In this document: positions 37,880 to 46,435 of the stretch, one piece after another | How positions within the stretch are numbered: the first letter of the stretch is position 1 | Layout of the letters: every line of letters starts with the position of its first letter | Source of the DNA: Candidatus Pacebacteria bacterium GW2011_GWA1_46_10 | Lineage (GTDB): Bacteria > Patescibacteriota > Microgenomatia > UBA1400 > PJMF01 | Length of the DNA stretch: 64,000 bases | Assembly (NCBI GenBank): GCA_001002135.1 | Contig: LCLP01000001.1 | Coordinates: 230,274 to 294,273 of the forward strand | Reading direction: 5' to 3' | Program-made: the position numbers and the translations under genes | The notes under the pieces: model-generated | Database searches by the model: none | What the model was told of the DNA's origin: nothing | Seen by the model: the letters and a program-made list of their open reading frames with translations, nothing else

Positions 37880-38495
37880 AGAACAAAAACTCACACAATT
37901 ATTTGGCGCGGCGCGCCAAGTTAAGTTGACCCCAGTGGAAAAATGGTGGCTGAAAACCAAAATCGAGTTTCACCAGTTGGTCCGTTTTGAGATGCCTGCT
38001 CTTTCACTCACCAAGCCAGCGGCAATACTGTTGGCTTCATTTATTTTATTGGCGGCGGCCGGCGTAGTGGTGGCTGCCTCACACACTTCCCCTGGTGACC
38101 TGTTGTACCCACTGAAAGTGGCCAGCGAAAAAGTGAATGACAGTGTGCAGTCTTTTTTTGGTCAAACAGAGGTGGTAGAACAAGAATCAGTTGAGTTCCC
38201 CGATGAACAGCGTGAAGAATCAAGTGAAGAACCGTTGACAGCAGAGCCGGCAGAAACTGACCAGGAATCAGAGTTGGAGACGGCAGGACCCCTTGACCCA
38301 GTTGATTTGCCGGTAGAGAGAGAGGAACTGCCTGACGAGCTGCCCGGGATCAGCGGTGATGACCACCCCACTGGTGATCAGTCGGTGACGGTGGAAACGC
38401 CGGCTGTCAACCCTAATGTTCCTCCCACCCCTGACGGTACGCCGCCGCTCGAGCTCAAGGTCAATGCCAAGGCCCAGTTGGAGCTTGATTTGTAA
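37869..38495 (+). CDS. Putative anti-sigma factor: membrane protein with acidic, Pro-rich extracytoplasmic tail
   Basis: Start overlaps the sigma-factor stop. Single TM AAILLASFILLAAAGVVVAA. Position downstream of an ECF sigma. Confidence 0.5.
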   Translation: MTPEEQKLTQLFGAARQVKLTPVEKWWLKTKIEFHQLVRFEMPALSLTKPAAILLASFILLAAAGVVVAASHTSPGDLLYPLKVASEKVNDSVQSFFGQTEVVEQESVEFPDEQREESSEEPLTAEPAETDQESELETAGPLDPVDLPVEREELPDELPGISGDDHPTGDQSVTVETPAVNPNVPPTPDGTPPLELKVNAKAQLELDL

Positions 38496-38521
38496 ATTGA
38501 CTTCTAGATGGGAGCAGTCAG

Positions 38522-39592
38522 TTACTTGGTCAACTCAATTTTGAAACGCGGCTCGGTTGTTAAGTATCGCTGTTTCCAGCCGTAGCCGATTTGGAGGTAA
38601 TCGATTTTTTTCAGGCCCATAGCAAAGGCTTGATTGATCTCATGGTAGTTAATGAAGTTGCCGATCCCAGGGAAATTTGGGATGTCATTGCCGCCGCGCA
38701 TTGGGTAGACGACACCGTTGTGAAAAGCCAGCATGTCGATGGCGGCGGTTCGACCATTGATGGTGACGGTTTGGAGTTTGGCCTCAAACTGGCTGGAGCC
38801 GGCATGGAGTAGGTTATAAAAAGCGCCCTCAATAAAAGGGTCTTTTTCAACATCGGTTTCCTCACCTTTGTCATGGAAGCGCTTTTTGGTGATGGTGATC
38901 ATCTTTTCAAATTGATCAAAGTCATCAAAGGTGACAACGGGCTGAAGCTCCAGAATCTTGCGGTAATCGCGCCGGAAGTTGTAGCGCTTTTTTTTCGGTA
39001 GCGTAGAAAGGTAGTGGTCCATGGTCATCAGTCTGGTCAAATCAAGGGCAAAATTAGGTAAGTCCTGTTCGAGTTTGATAAACTCCGGCAGCAGGCGAGC
39101 ACTTTTTTGACTAATCCCCTCCAAGACCAACGGTTTAGGGGCAAAATACAGCAAGATTGGCAAGAAGTAGGGATCGGCGGTGAAAAAATTGATGTTTTCC
39201 ATCCAGTCCGAGCCAAACCAAGTATATTTTTTAATCGTGTTTTGGTAAAAGAGCGGCAGACAAGCCAGCAAGTGTGAATTTTTGGTCAAGGTCATGAAGT
39301 ACGGTTGACCACCATAACTCTGATGAAAGGCCAGCCGCACGTCCCACAAATCAAACAGGTTCTCGTTGGGCGACAGTTGTTGCCAGATTTTTTTGCAGGT
39401 TTTAAGATCGGTGACGATACTCAGCCGGAGATTTTTGAGATACTTAGTCAGTCCATTATTATAGTGGCGATGAAGGTTTCTTTTGATGGGAGCCAGGTTA
39501 AGAGATGGACTGTCAGTGAGTAAAGTGAGTCGGTGAGCGGTAATGTTAATATCGATATTGCCCCGGTAGACCGCGGGCAGAATGATATTCAT
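38522..39592 (-). CDS. Hypothetical protein (possible GNAT/FemAB-like fold, unverified)
   Basis: 356-aa ORF. Confidence 0.3.
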   Translation of the reverse strand: MNIILPAVYRGNIDINITAHRLTLLTDSPSLNLAPIKRNLHRHYNNGLTKYLKNLRLSIVTDLKTCKKIWQQLSPNENLFDLWDVRLAFHQSYGGQPYFMTLTKNSHLLACLPLFYQNTIKKYTWFGSDWMENINFFTADPYFLPILLYFAPKPLVLEGISQKSARLLPEFIKLEQDLPNFALDLTRLMTMDHYLSTLPKKKRYNFRRDYRKILELQPVVTFDDFDQFEKMITITKKRFHDKGEETDVEKDPFIEGAFYNLLHAGSSQFEAKLQTVTINGRTAAIDMLAFHNGVVYPMRGGNDIPNFPGIGNFINYHEINQAFAMGLKKIDYLQIGYGWKQRYLTTEPRFKIELTK

Positions 39593-39661
39593 TTGGATGA
39601 TTAGTATAGCTTTTATTTCACCAATGCAATACCCATAATTACCAGGGGTGTAAACGATAGA

Positions 39662-40468
39662 TTAGCGGCAAGCGATGACGAGGAAATGAGTGTCTTTTTC
39701 ACCCAATTTAATGGTCTGCGTTTGACCCATCAGCGACTGATCGTTGAAGCTCAAAGTCGTACCCGGATCCAACTCAAAGTTGATTTTTAAACTAAGGGCG
39801 GAGAGGGTAATTAGACCGGAAGGCTGGCTGGCGACAGTGACAGTGAGCGGTGGGAGTTCAGCCTGAACCGTTGCACCATCAGGGATTTCACCCTGAGGGA
39901 TGGTTAGTCCTGGGAGTGAGAGCGGGAGAGATTGATTGACGGTTAAGGAGTCACACCCTTGATTGGTGATCGTGACGGTCACACTGTTAGTTTTGAGAAA
40001 ACTCAATCCGGCGACAACAGCGACTGCGGCCACAGTGATTAAACCAAGTGGTCCTTTGGCGCCATGGAGAATCTTAGTGCCCAGTCGCAACTTGGCTGCC
40101 TTGGGAGTTGAGCCGCTTGATACTTGTTCATCGACCAGTTTCCGGACGCGTTTTACTTCGCTTTTGAATGACTTCCAGGTTGAAAGAAAAGCGAGCAGGG
40201 CTTTTTTGCGTTTCTTTTCTGCTTTGGTTTTTGCTGGTAAAGCCTCCACAGTGAGAGAAATAACGTCGCCTTCATAGATTTGTTCAAGTTTTTTGAGTTG
40301 TTTACCGACTTTGGTGAGCAGTTTGTCCAGTTGAGGATTGAAACCCTCAAGTAGTAGGCGAATTTTTTCGAATTTGGCTACTGAGATGGTCTTGTCAGTC
40401 AATAAATCCCAGGCCGCTTCAAATTTTTGCGAGCTTTTTTTATCAGTCTTTGTCGTCAGTTGAGTCAT
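39662..40468 (-). CDS. Hypothetical protein with one TM helix
   Basis: 268-aa ORF. N-terminal half is Lys-rich, TM GLITVAAVAVVAGLSFL, and the C-terminus is beta-rich. Confidence 0.4.
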   Translation of the reverse strand: MTQLTTKTDKKSSQKFEAAWDLLTDKTISVAKFEKIRLLLEGFNPQLDKLLTKVGKQLKKLEQIYEGDVISLTVEALPAKTKAEKKRKKALLAFLSTWKSFKSEVKRVRKLVDEQVSSGSTPKAAKLRLGTKILHGAKGPLGLITVAAVAVVAGLSFLKTNSVTVTITNQGCDSLTVNQSLPLSLPGLTIPQGEIPDGATVQAELPPLTVTVASQPSGLITLSALSLKINFELDPGTTLSFNDQSLMGQTQTIKLGEKDTHFLVIACR

Positions 40469-40475
40469 AGTGCAA

Positions 40476-41099
40476 TCATTTTTTGGTGAAAGAAGCTAGC
40501 ACGCCGTCCAGGATTACCGTTTGTTGACTAGTCGGGACCTGACTTGCCTCAATGCTGATATGGCCATACAAGGTAGGTGCATTCCAACCGTATTGGGTGA
40601 GTTGGCACAAACTATAACCGGTAAAAGGACCACTGTTCCAGACCCGTCGAAACCGGTCGTTGCTGTTGGTGGTGATCTCTTGGTAGTAGTCGTAGCGACC
40701 GCTCGGTCCTTCGAGGTCTGGGTCTCCTGGGAAGAGACAGATCGAGCCGCCAAAGCCGCCTTGTAAAATAGTGATGGTGAAAATGTCGCCGCTGATGGTG
40801 ATTTTTTCATCGTCGGTGGTTTGCGATTCACGGCTGAAAGTCCAATCAGCCGGGATCATCACTTCGTAACGGGGAAAAGAGAGAATGCCACCGCCAGTGA
40901 TAAGCTTAGTACTGTCGACGATTGGGCTGGGGGTAGTCACAATTTCTACTGGCTTGCTTCGTACTGCGGAAGTGGTGGAAGCTTGTTGAGAAATGGCGGG
41001 CTGACCGCTGTTGCGACCAACGAAGTAAGCCAGCGCCCCGGCCAGGGAGATGATAACGACTACCAATAAGGCAATCAAGTATTTCATCAAGAGCATCAT
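40476..41099 (-). CDS. Hypothetical membrane-anchored protein
   Basis: Start trimmed to MMLLMKYLIALLVVVIISLAG, which is signal/TM-like. The longer ORF would overlap the divergent neighbour. Confidence 0.4.
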   Translation of the reverse strand: MMLLMKYLIALLVVVIISLAGALAYFVGRNSGQPAISQQASTTSAVRSKPVEIVTTPSPIVDSTKLITGGGILSFPRYEVMIPADWTFSRESQTTDDEKITISGDIFTITILQGGFGGSICLFPGDPDLEGPSGRYDYYQEITTNSNDRFRRVWNSGPFTGYSLCQLTQYGWNAPTLYGHISIEASQVPTSQQTVILDGVLASFTKK

Positions 41100-41145
41100 A
41101 ACACTTTTGGCAAGCAAACGGGCTCTTTCTGCTATACTCAAAAGC

Positions 41146-41748
41146 ATGCTACATCCGAACTTTGCCATTCTTGGAGCGCTCCTCAACGGGGTTGGCGGCA
41201 CGCTGTATCTCATCGAAACCATCAAAGGCCGGGTGAAACCCAACCGGATGTCGTTTCTGTTGTGGGCGATCGTGCCAATGATTGCTTTCGCAGCTCAGCG
41301 CTCGCAGGGAGTGGGGATTGAGTCGATCATGACCTTTAGTGCGGGGTTTATTCCTTTCATTATTTTCTTGGCTTCGTTTGTCAATAAAAAGGCGGAGTGG
41401 CAACTGACGGCTTTTGATTTATGGTGCGGTTTTTTCTCCGTAGTCGGCATAACCTTATGGTTGACAACCAAAGTGGGTAACATGGCGATTTTCTTTAGTA
41501 TTGTGGCGGATGGCTTGGCGGCTTTGCCCACGGTGGTGAAAGCGTACCAAGCGCCGGAAACGGAAAATGCTTGGTTGTGGCTGACGGGTGTCTTGGGGGT
41601 GATCGTGACGTTGTTGACCTTGGATCGCCCGACCTTTGCCAACTCGGCTTTCATTATTTATATCTTGGTGGTTAACGCGTTGATCTTTTCGCTGGTCTAT
41701 TTTGAGCTTGGAAAGAAATTGAGCGGGGTCGTTGACAAACAGGTCTAG
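41146..41748 (+). CDS. Integral membrane protein
   Basis: ATG at 41146 preceded by tatact. Six hydrophobic helices. Confidence 0.5.
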   Translation: MLHPNFAILGALLNGVGGTLYLIETIKGRVKPNRMSFLLWAIVPMIAFAAQRSQGVGIESIMTFSAGFIPFIIFLASFVNKKAEWQLTAFDLWCGFFSVVGITLWLTTKVGNMAIFFSIVADGLAALPTVVKAYQAPETENAWLWLTGVLGVIVTLLTLDRPTFANSAFIIYILVVNALIFSLVYFELGKKLSGVVDKQV

Positions 41749-41823
41749 CTTGCTATACTCAGTGTTGTAGACAAAAGGTCTACTTGGCTTTGTTCAAAAC
41801 CCGCTTTGGCGGGTTTTTGATTT

Positions 41824-42432
41824 TTAAATTGTTTTTCTCCTCAAATTTAAACGATATTCGAAATCCTCGGCAAAAAGGATATTATTTATTATTCCATTTG
41901 ACTTTGCCTCTATTAATTCTTTGCCAATATGACCTCTTACGCAAAAAGCGTAAACTTCCTTACCCAGTTCATTGTGAATATATTCGAAAACGTATGCCAG
42001 ATCTCCATCGCCGGAAAATATAATTGCCCTATCATAATTATTAGCTTCTTTGATTAAATCAACAGACATCTCTATATCTAAGTTACATTTCTTGGTAAAC
42101 CCAGTGGCGTAATTATTATCGTGGATGTACTTAACCCGTTTGGAAATAATCTCAAATCCGCTATATTGAGCCTGGGCATGAATTGATTCTGACCAATAGG
42201 TTAAGTGAGTAGATGTGTCTTTTGGGCCATAATCAAGACCGTAATAAAACCGGCGCAGAAACTTTTTACCTGCGGAAAGATGTTTGGTCAGTTGTCCCAA
42301 TTTTCTCACTCCAATTGACCAACCAAGGGACTCTTGCCAACGATCAACATTAGCGAAATCAACAAGCACAATATTTCGTTCTTTTGTTTTTGCCAAGTGA
42401 TTTAGAAGATTGCTAATCTCATGTTTTTTCAT
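41824..42432 (-). CDS. NYN-domain (LabA-like, PIN-fold) protein
   Basis: N-terminal NIVLVDFANV and central IIFSGDGDLAYVFEYI motifs. Confidence 0.55.
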   Translation of the reverse strand: MKKHEISNLLNHLAKTKERNIVLVDFANVDRWQESLGWSIGVRKLGQLTKHLSAGKKFLRRFYYGLDYGPKDTSTHLTYWSESIHAQAQYSGFEIISKRVKYIHDNNYATGFTKKCNLDIEMSVDLIKEANNYDRAIIFSGDGDLAYVFEYIHNELGKEVYAFCVRGHIGKELIEAKSNGIINNILFAEDFEYRLNLRRKTI

Positions 42433-42758
42433 GTTTTTTTCTTAAAAGATGGTTGAGATTGTAATAGGTGAAAATTAAAATTCCAAACGGGAAAGCCCTC
42501 AAGACAATGGTCACCGACTAAAATTAACTTGAAACAAAGCTGTAAGAATTGTTATTTCTCATCGTCATCTAGGTAGTATGAAACATCAACTCACTCCCAT
42601 TCTGTTGTTGATTGTTTCGCCTGTCCTGGCGATGCTCACTACTCTTTCAGCCGGGATAAATCTCTTGGGCAGCGACAGCAACTAATTTTGTTTGGTGTCT
42701 TACAGCTTTCAGGTCTTACCGCTGGTAGACTCGGAATGTTGACAGTAAAAATTGGGAT

Positions 42759-43700
42759 ATGCAAGCAGTTCAAGCAGCTCAATACGGTGAGCCGTCGATT
42801 TTAGAGTTTAAGGAAGATGTTGCTGAACCCACCCCAAAACCGAATCAGGTTTTGGTAACGGTTTACGCGGCGGGACTTAATCCTTTTGATGCGATGGTGC
42901 TGGCTGGTGTTTATCGAGATTCAATGCCGCTGGCACTGCCGTTCACTGTCGGTGGTGACTTGGCTGGGGTAATTACTCAGCTTGGTGAAAAGGTGACTAA
43001 CTTCAAGGTTGGTGATGAGGTTTATGGTTCAGCGATTGCGATTAGTGGCGGTTCTGGCGCCTATGCGCGGTTGGCGACCATGAACGCTGAGAAGACTGCG
43101 CTTAAGCCAGTCAATGTCAACTTTGTCGAAGCAGCAGCCCTGCCAGTGGCTGGCATGACGGCGGTCGAAGCGATTGCCGACCACATCAAACTTCAACCAG
43201 GGCAAAGAATCTTGATCCACGGCGGCGCCGGCGGCGTGGGTCACGTGGCGGTGCAATATGCTAAATCAATTGGGGCGCAGGTTATCACTACTGTGGCGGG
43301 TAGGGATGTGGAATTTGTTAAACGCCTTGGTGCAGATGAAGTAGTTGATTATCAAACTCAACAGTTTGAAGAGATATTTAGCGATTTGGATGCAGTTTTT
43401 GACACCGTGGGTGGTGCAGTTTCAACCAAGTCTTACCAAGTCTTGAAGGCCGGCAGACCTTTGGTGTTAATTGTTTCTCGACCAGATGAAAAACTGGCCC
43501 AACGACACCACGTCAAAGTTATTCGCCAAAGCACTGACACCAGCGCGCCGAAACTACAGCGTTTGGCCCGACTAGTGGAAAAGGGTACTCTCAAGGTTCA
43601 TATCGACCGCACTTTTACTCTTGACCAGACTCGTGCTGCTTTCGACCACTTGGCCACCGGTCACCCACAAGGGAAGGTGGTGATTAAAATTAAGGACTAA
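42759..43700 (+). CDS. Zn-independent medium-chain dehydrogenase/reductase (NADPH:quinone oxidoreductase-like)
   Basis: Rossmann motif HGGAGGVGHVAVQYAK and the MDR N-terminal pattern. Confidence 0.75.
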   Translation: MQAVQAAQYGEPSILEFKEDVAEPTPKPNQVLVTVYAAGLNPFDAMVLAGVYRDSMPLALPFTVGGDLAGVITQLGEKVTNFKVGDEVYGSAIAISGGSGAYARLATMNAEKTALKPVNVNFVEAAALPVAGMTAVEAIADHIKLQPGQRILIHGGAGGVGHVAVQYAKSIGAQVITTVAGRDVEFVKRLGADEVVDYQTQQFEEIFSDLDAVFDTVGGAVSTKSYQVLKAGRPLVLIVSRPDEKLAQRHHVKVIRQSTDTSAPKLQRLARLVEKGTLKVHIDRTFTLDQTRAAFDHLATGHPQGKVVIKIKD

Positions 43701-43747
43701 CTTTTATTGACTTGAGTAAAACTCTGATTTATCCCTTTTATTTTTCG

Positions 43748-43779
43748 CTTGCCAATTTCATTTTCGGTCGTTACGGTAA
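43748..43779 (+). repeat. Conserved 5' leader element, copy 2
   Basis: cttgccaatttcattttcggtcgttacg is near-identical to 10959..10990. Confidence 0.6.
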
Positions 43780-43808
43780 GTGTTAGTGTCCATGGTGATA
43801 CTAACAAT

Positions 43809-44192
43809 ATGATTACTAAACAAGATTCTCTTCAGCTTCAGTTAGATTTTGGGAAGTTTTTTGCCACTAAACAAGATATCTTTCGTATGCAAAAGCATTT
43901 TGAGCTTGCCTTTGCGACCAAAAAAGATTTTATTGAGCTCAAAAAGGAAAATGTGGGAATAAAAAAAGACCTTCGCGAGATAAAAAGGAGCATTCTTGAA
44001 CTAGAGCAAAAGCTTGACATCTTTACTGCGGAAATAAAAGAAACTATTTACACCGCGCTTGATCAGGTTGTTGGTGTGACCAAGACTATTACTCAAGAGC
44101 ATGCGGCGCTTCACTATCGGGTCAAAGAACATAGTGATCAATTGGCGCTACACGATAAACGTCTTGATAAACTGGAGTCTAAGCCTGTCTAA
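43809..44192 (+). CDS. Small coiled-coil protein, paralog of the 11020..11421 gene
   Basis: Shares the MITKQDSLQLQ N-terminus and upstream leader. The remainder is coiled-coil-like but lacks the heptad repeats. Confidence 0.5.
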   Translation: MITKQDSLQLQLDFGKFFATKQDIFRMQKHFELAFATKKDFIELKKENVGIKKDLREIKRSILELEQKLDIFTAEIKETIYTALDQVVGVTKTITQEHAALHYRVKEHSDQLALHDKRLDKLESKPV

Positions 44193-44213
44193 AGTTTTTG
44201 CTATACTGCCCTT

Positions 44214-44675
44214 GTGAAAGCGCTGTTATTTGATTTTTCCCGCACCCTTTTATTCCCCAAGGATATGACTGATACTCGCACGCTGAACCAACAGCATCGG
44301 TTCTTCAGCCAGAGCAAGGAGTATCAGCTATTTGATCACTTTGAACTGAACCAGGAACTGCTGGATTTTCTTCACCAAATCAAGGACAAAGTAGCTCTCT
44401 ATATCTTCACTTCTGGTACCATGATCAGCAGCGCCCCAGAATTACAAGCCCACCTCACGGATTTTAAAAAAATCTATTCCGGCACAGAACTCAACTTGGA
44501 TAAACGCGATCCTATGGCCTATACTTGGGTCGCCGCCGACATTGGCCTCCCGCCAGAGGAAATATTATTTGTGGATGATAGTGAGGGAAATGTAGCAGCG
44601 GCAAGAGAGGCAGGGATGCGAGGGATGCATTATAAAAATAATGAGGAAGTGATAAAAAAAGTTAGCAGGATGTAA
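44214..44675 (+). CDS. HAD-like hydrolase with a degenerate motif I
   Basis: GTG start. LLFDFSRT (DxS in place of DxD) and VDDSEGNVAAAREAGM (motif IV). Confidence 0.45.
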   Translation: MKALLFDFSRTLLFPKDMTDTRTLNQQHRFFSQSKEYQLFDHFELNQELLDFLHQIKDKVALYIFTSGTMISSAPELQAHLTDFKKIYSGTELNLDKRDPMAYTWVAADIGLPPEEILFVDDSEGNVAAAREAGMRGMHYKNNEEVIKKVSRM

Positions 44676-46435
44676 TGCAAAAAAGAAATTATAAAGGATC
44701 ATTGCGATTGGATTGGATAAACAAAGGCCTTTCACTTTACTACGAAATTGACGAAAAGGAAGGCAAAGGCGTCCGGCCGGTTTGGGTTTCAAAAAACGAC
44801 ATTCGCGTCGCCGAACCGCGCATTTTGCGTTTTGTGAAAGATTATGGCGACAAGACAAGCGACAATATGCTTATCAAAGGCGATAATCTTTTAGTTTTGC
44901 GAAGTTTAGTTGAGATGTTTAAGGGTAGGCCGAACAAAGAGAAAGTGAAATGCATTTATATCGATCCGCCTTTCAATACGGGAAATGCTTTTAAGTATTA
45001 CGACGACAATTTGCAACACTCTGAGTGGCTTACGATGATGCGAGACAGGTTATGGTTGTTAAAGAAAATTTTACGAAAAGGCGGATTCTTAGCCGTTCAT
45101 ATAAACAATGATGAAATGCCGTATTTAAGAGTGATTCTCGACGAAATTTTTAGTCGCGAGGGTTATGTAACGCAGATTTGTTGGGAAAGATCGCAACGCA
45201 CAGCACTTGGACAAGGTGCGAGTTCCATCAATGATACGGTTGAATATGTTCTCATATACACCAACGACCCGCTGGCAAAATTGAATAAATTACAAAAGTT
45301 TTACGAGATTGAGGAAAGAACAATCCGACAATACAGCAAACGTATTGTATCTTTTGGAAAAAGAAAGATTTTTAAAGAGTCAAAAGACAGCGACGGCAAC
45401 CCGATAACTATTTTTGAACTTGAAGAATTTAAAATCAAAAGCGTGTCTATGCGCGACTTTGAGAAACGCTACGTTGAAATTTACAAAGAATTACTAGACA
45501 ATTTTGATTCTGCTGTTCGTTTGTCAAACCAACAAAAGGAAAGCACTTTTCAACAAAAGGTACTTTCTGATTTTAAGGCAAACAAGACTTACGTCGTTGA
45601 GTACATTCCAAAACGAGGTAAAAATAAGGGCAAGAAAACCGAAGTGTTCTATCACGGAAAAGATGTGGTTCTTTTCCTCAAGAATTACGCAAGGAAGGAA
45701 CAGGGTGTTATCTGGAAGTTAGATGATATGAATAATTTCTGGACACGAAAAGAAATTTCTATGGCTGGCGTTGCCTCCGAGGGCAAGGTTGATTTTAGAA
45801 GGAGCAAAAAGCCGGAAAAACTTATTCAAAGGGTGATTGAACTTTGTAGTGGTGAAAACGATTTTGTTTTTGACTCCTTTGCCGGTTCGGGAACTACAGG
45901 GGCAGTAGCTCATAAAATGAATAGGCGTTGGATAATGGTTGAATTTGGGCGTAACGCAGATGAATTGATAATTCCTCGTATGCAAAGAGTGATAACCGGA
46001 AAAGACCAAACAGGAATAAGCAAGGATGTTAATTGGCAAGGCGGTGGTGGCTTCAAATATTACCAACTCGGCGAGAGCGTGATATACGAACAAGATATGA
46101 ATTGGAAGTTAAAAGCCGAGGAAATGGCTGAAGCCGTATTTTTGCATTTTCAATATCGTCCGACCGATGCGAAATGGCTGGAAAAGGAAAGCATGTATCT
46201 TGGCCGGCACCAATCCGCCCGTTACCATTTCGCCATTTCTTTTGCTTCCAGAGAAATAAAAACATTAACGGCAGACTTATACGAAAAGATCGTTGCAGAA
46301 CTTGAAAGGGAAAAATTTAAACACTTAACAATTTTTACCAATGTTGCCGTTTCTGTGCCGCCGGAATCGCTGAATGATCGCGTTCTAGTAAAAAAGATAC
46401 CGGCGGCAATTTTAAGAGAATATAATTTGCTATGA
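44675..46435 (+). CDS. mod: Type III R-M DNA methyltransferase (Mod), beta-class N6A/N4C MTase
   Basis: Motif IV IYIDPPFNTGNAF precedes motif I FVFDSFAGSGTTG. Confidence 0.8.
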   Translation: MQKRNYKGSLRLDWINKGLSLYYEIDEKEGKGVRPVWVSKNDIRVAEPRILRFVKDYGDKTSDNMLIKGDNLLVLRSLVEMFKGRPNKEKVKCIYIDPPFNTGNAFKYYDDNLQHSEWLTMMRDRLWLLKKILRKGGFLAVHINNDEMPYLRVILDEIFSREGYVTQICWERSQRTALGQGASSINDTVEYVLIYTNDPLAKLNKLQKFYEIEERTIRQYSKRIVSFGKRKIFKESKDSDGNPITIFELEEFKIKSVSMRDFEKRYVEIYKELLDNFDSAVRLSNQQKESTFQQKVLSDFKANKTYVVEYIPKRGKNKGKKTEVFYHGKDVVLFLKNYARKEQGVIWKLDDMNNFWTRKEISMAGVASEGKVDFRRSKKPEKLIQRVIELCSGENDFVFDSFAGSGTTGAVAHKMNRRWIMVEFGRNADELIIPRMQRVITGKDQTGISKDVNWQGGGGFKYYQLGESVIYEQDMNWKLKAEEMAEAVFLHFQYRPTDAKWLEKESMYLGRHQSARYHFAISFASREIKTLTADLYEKIVAELEREKFKHLTIFTNVAVSVPPESLNDRVLVKKIPAAILREYNLL

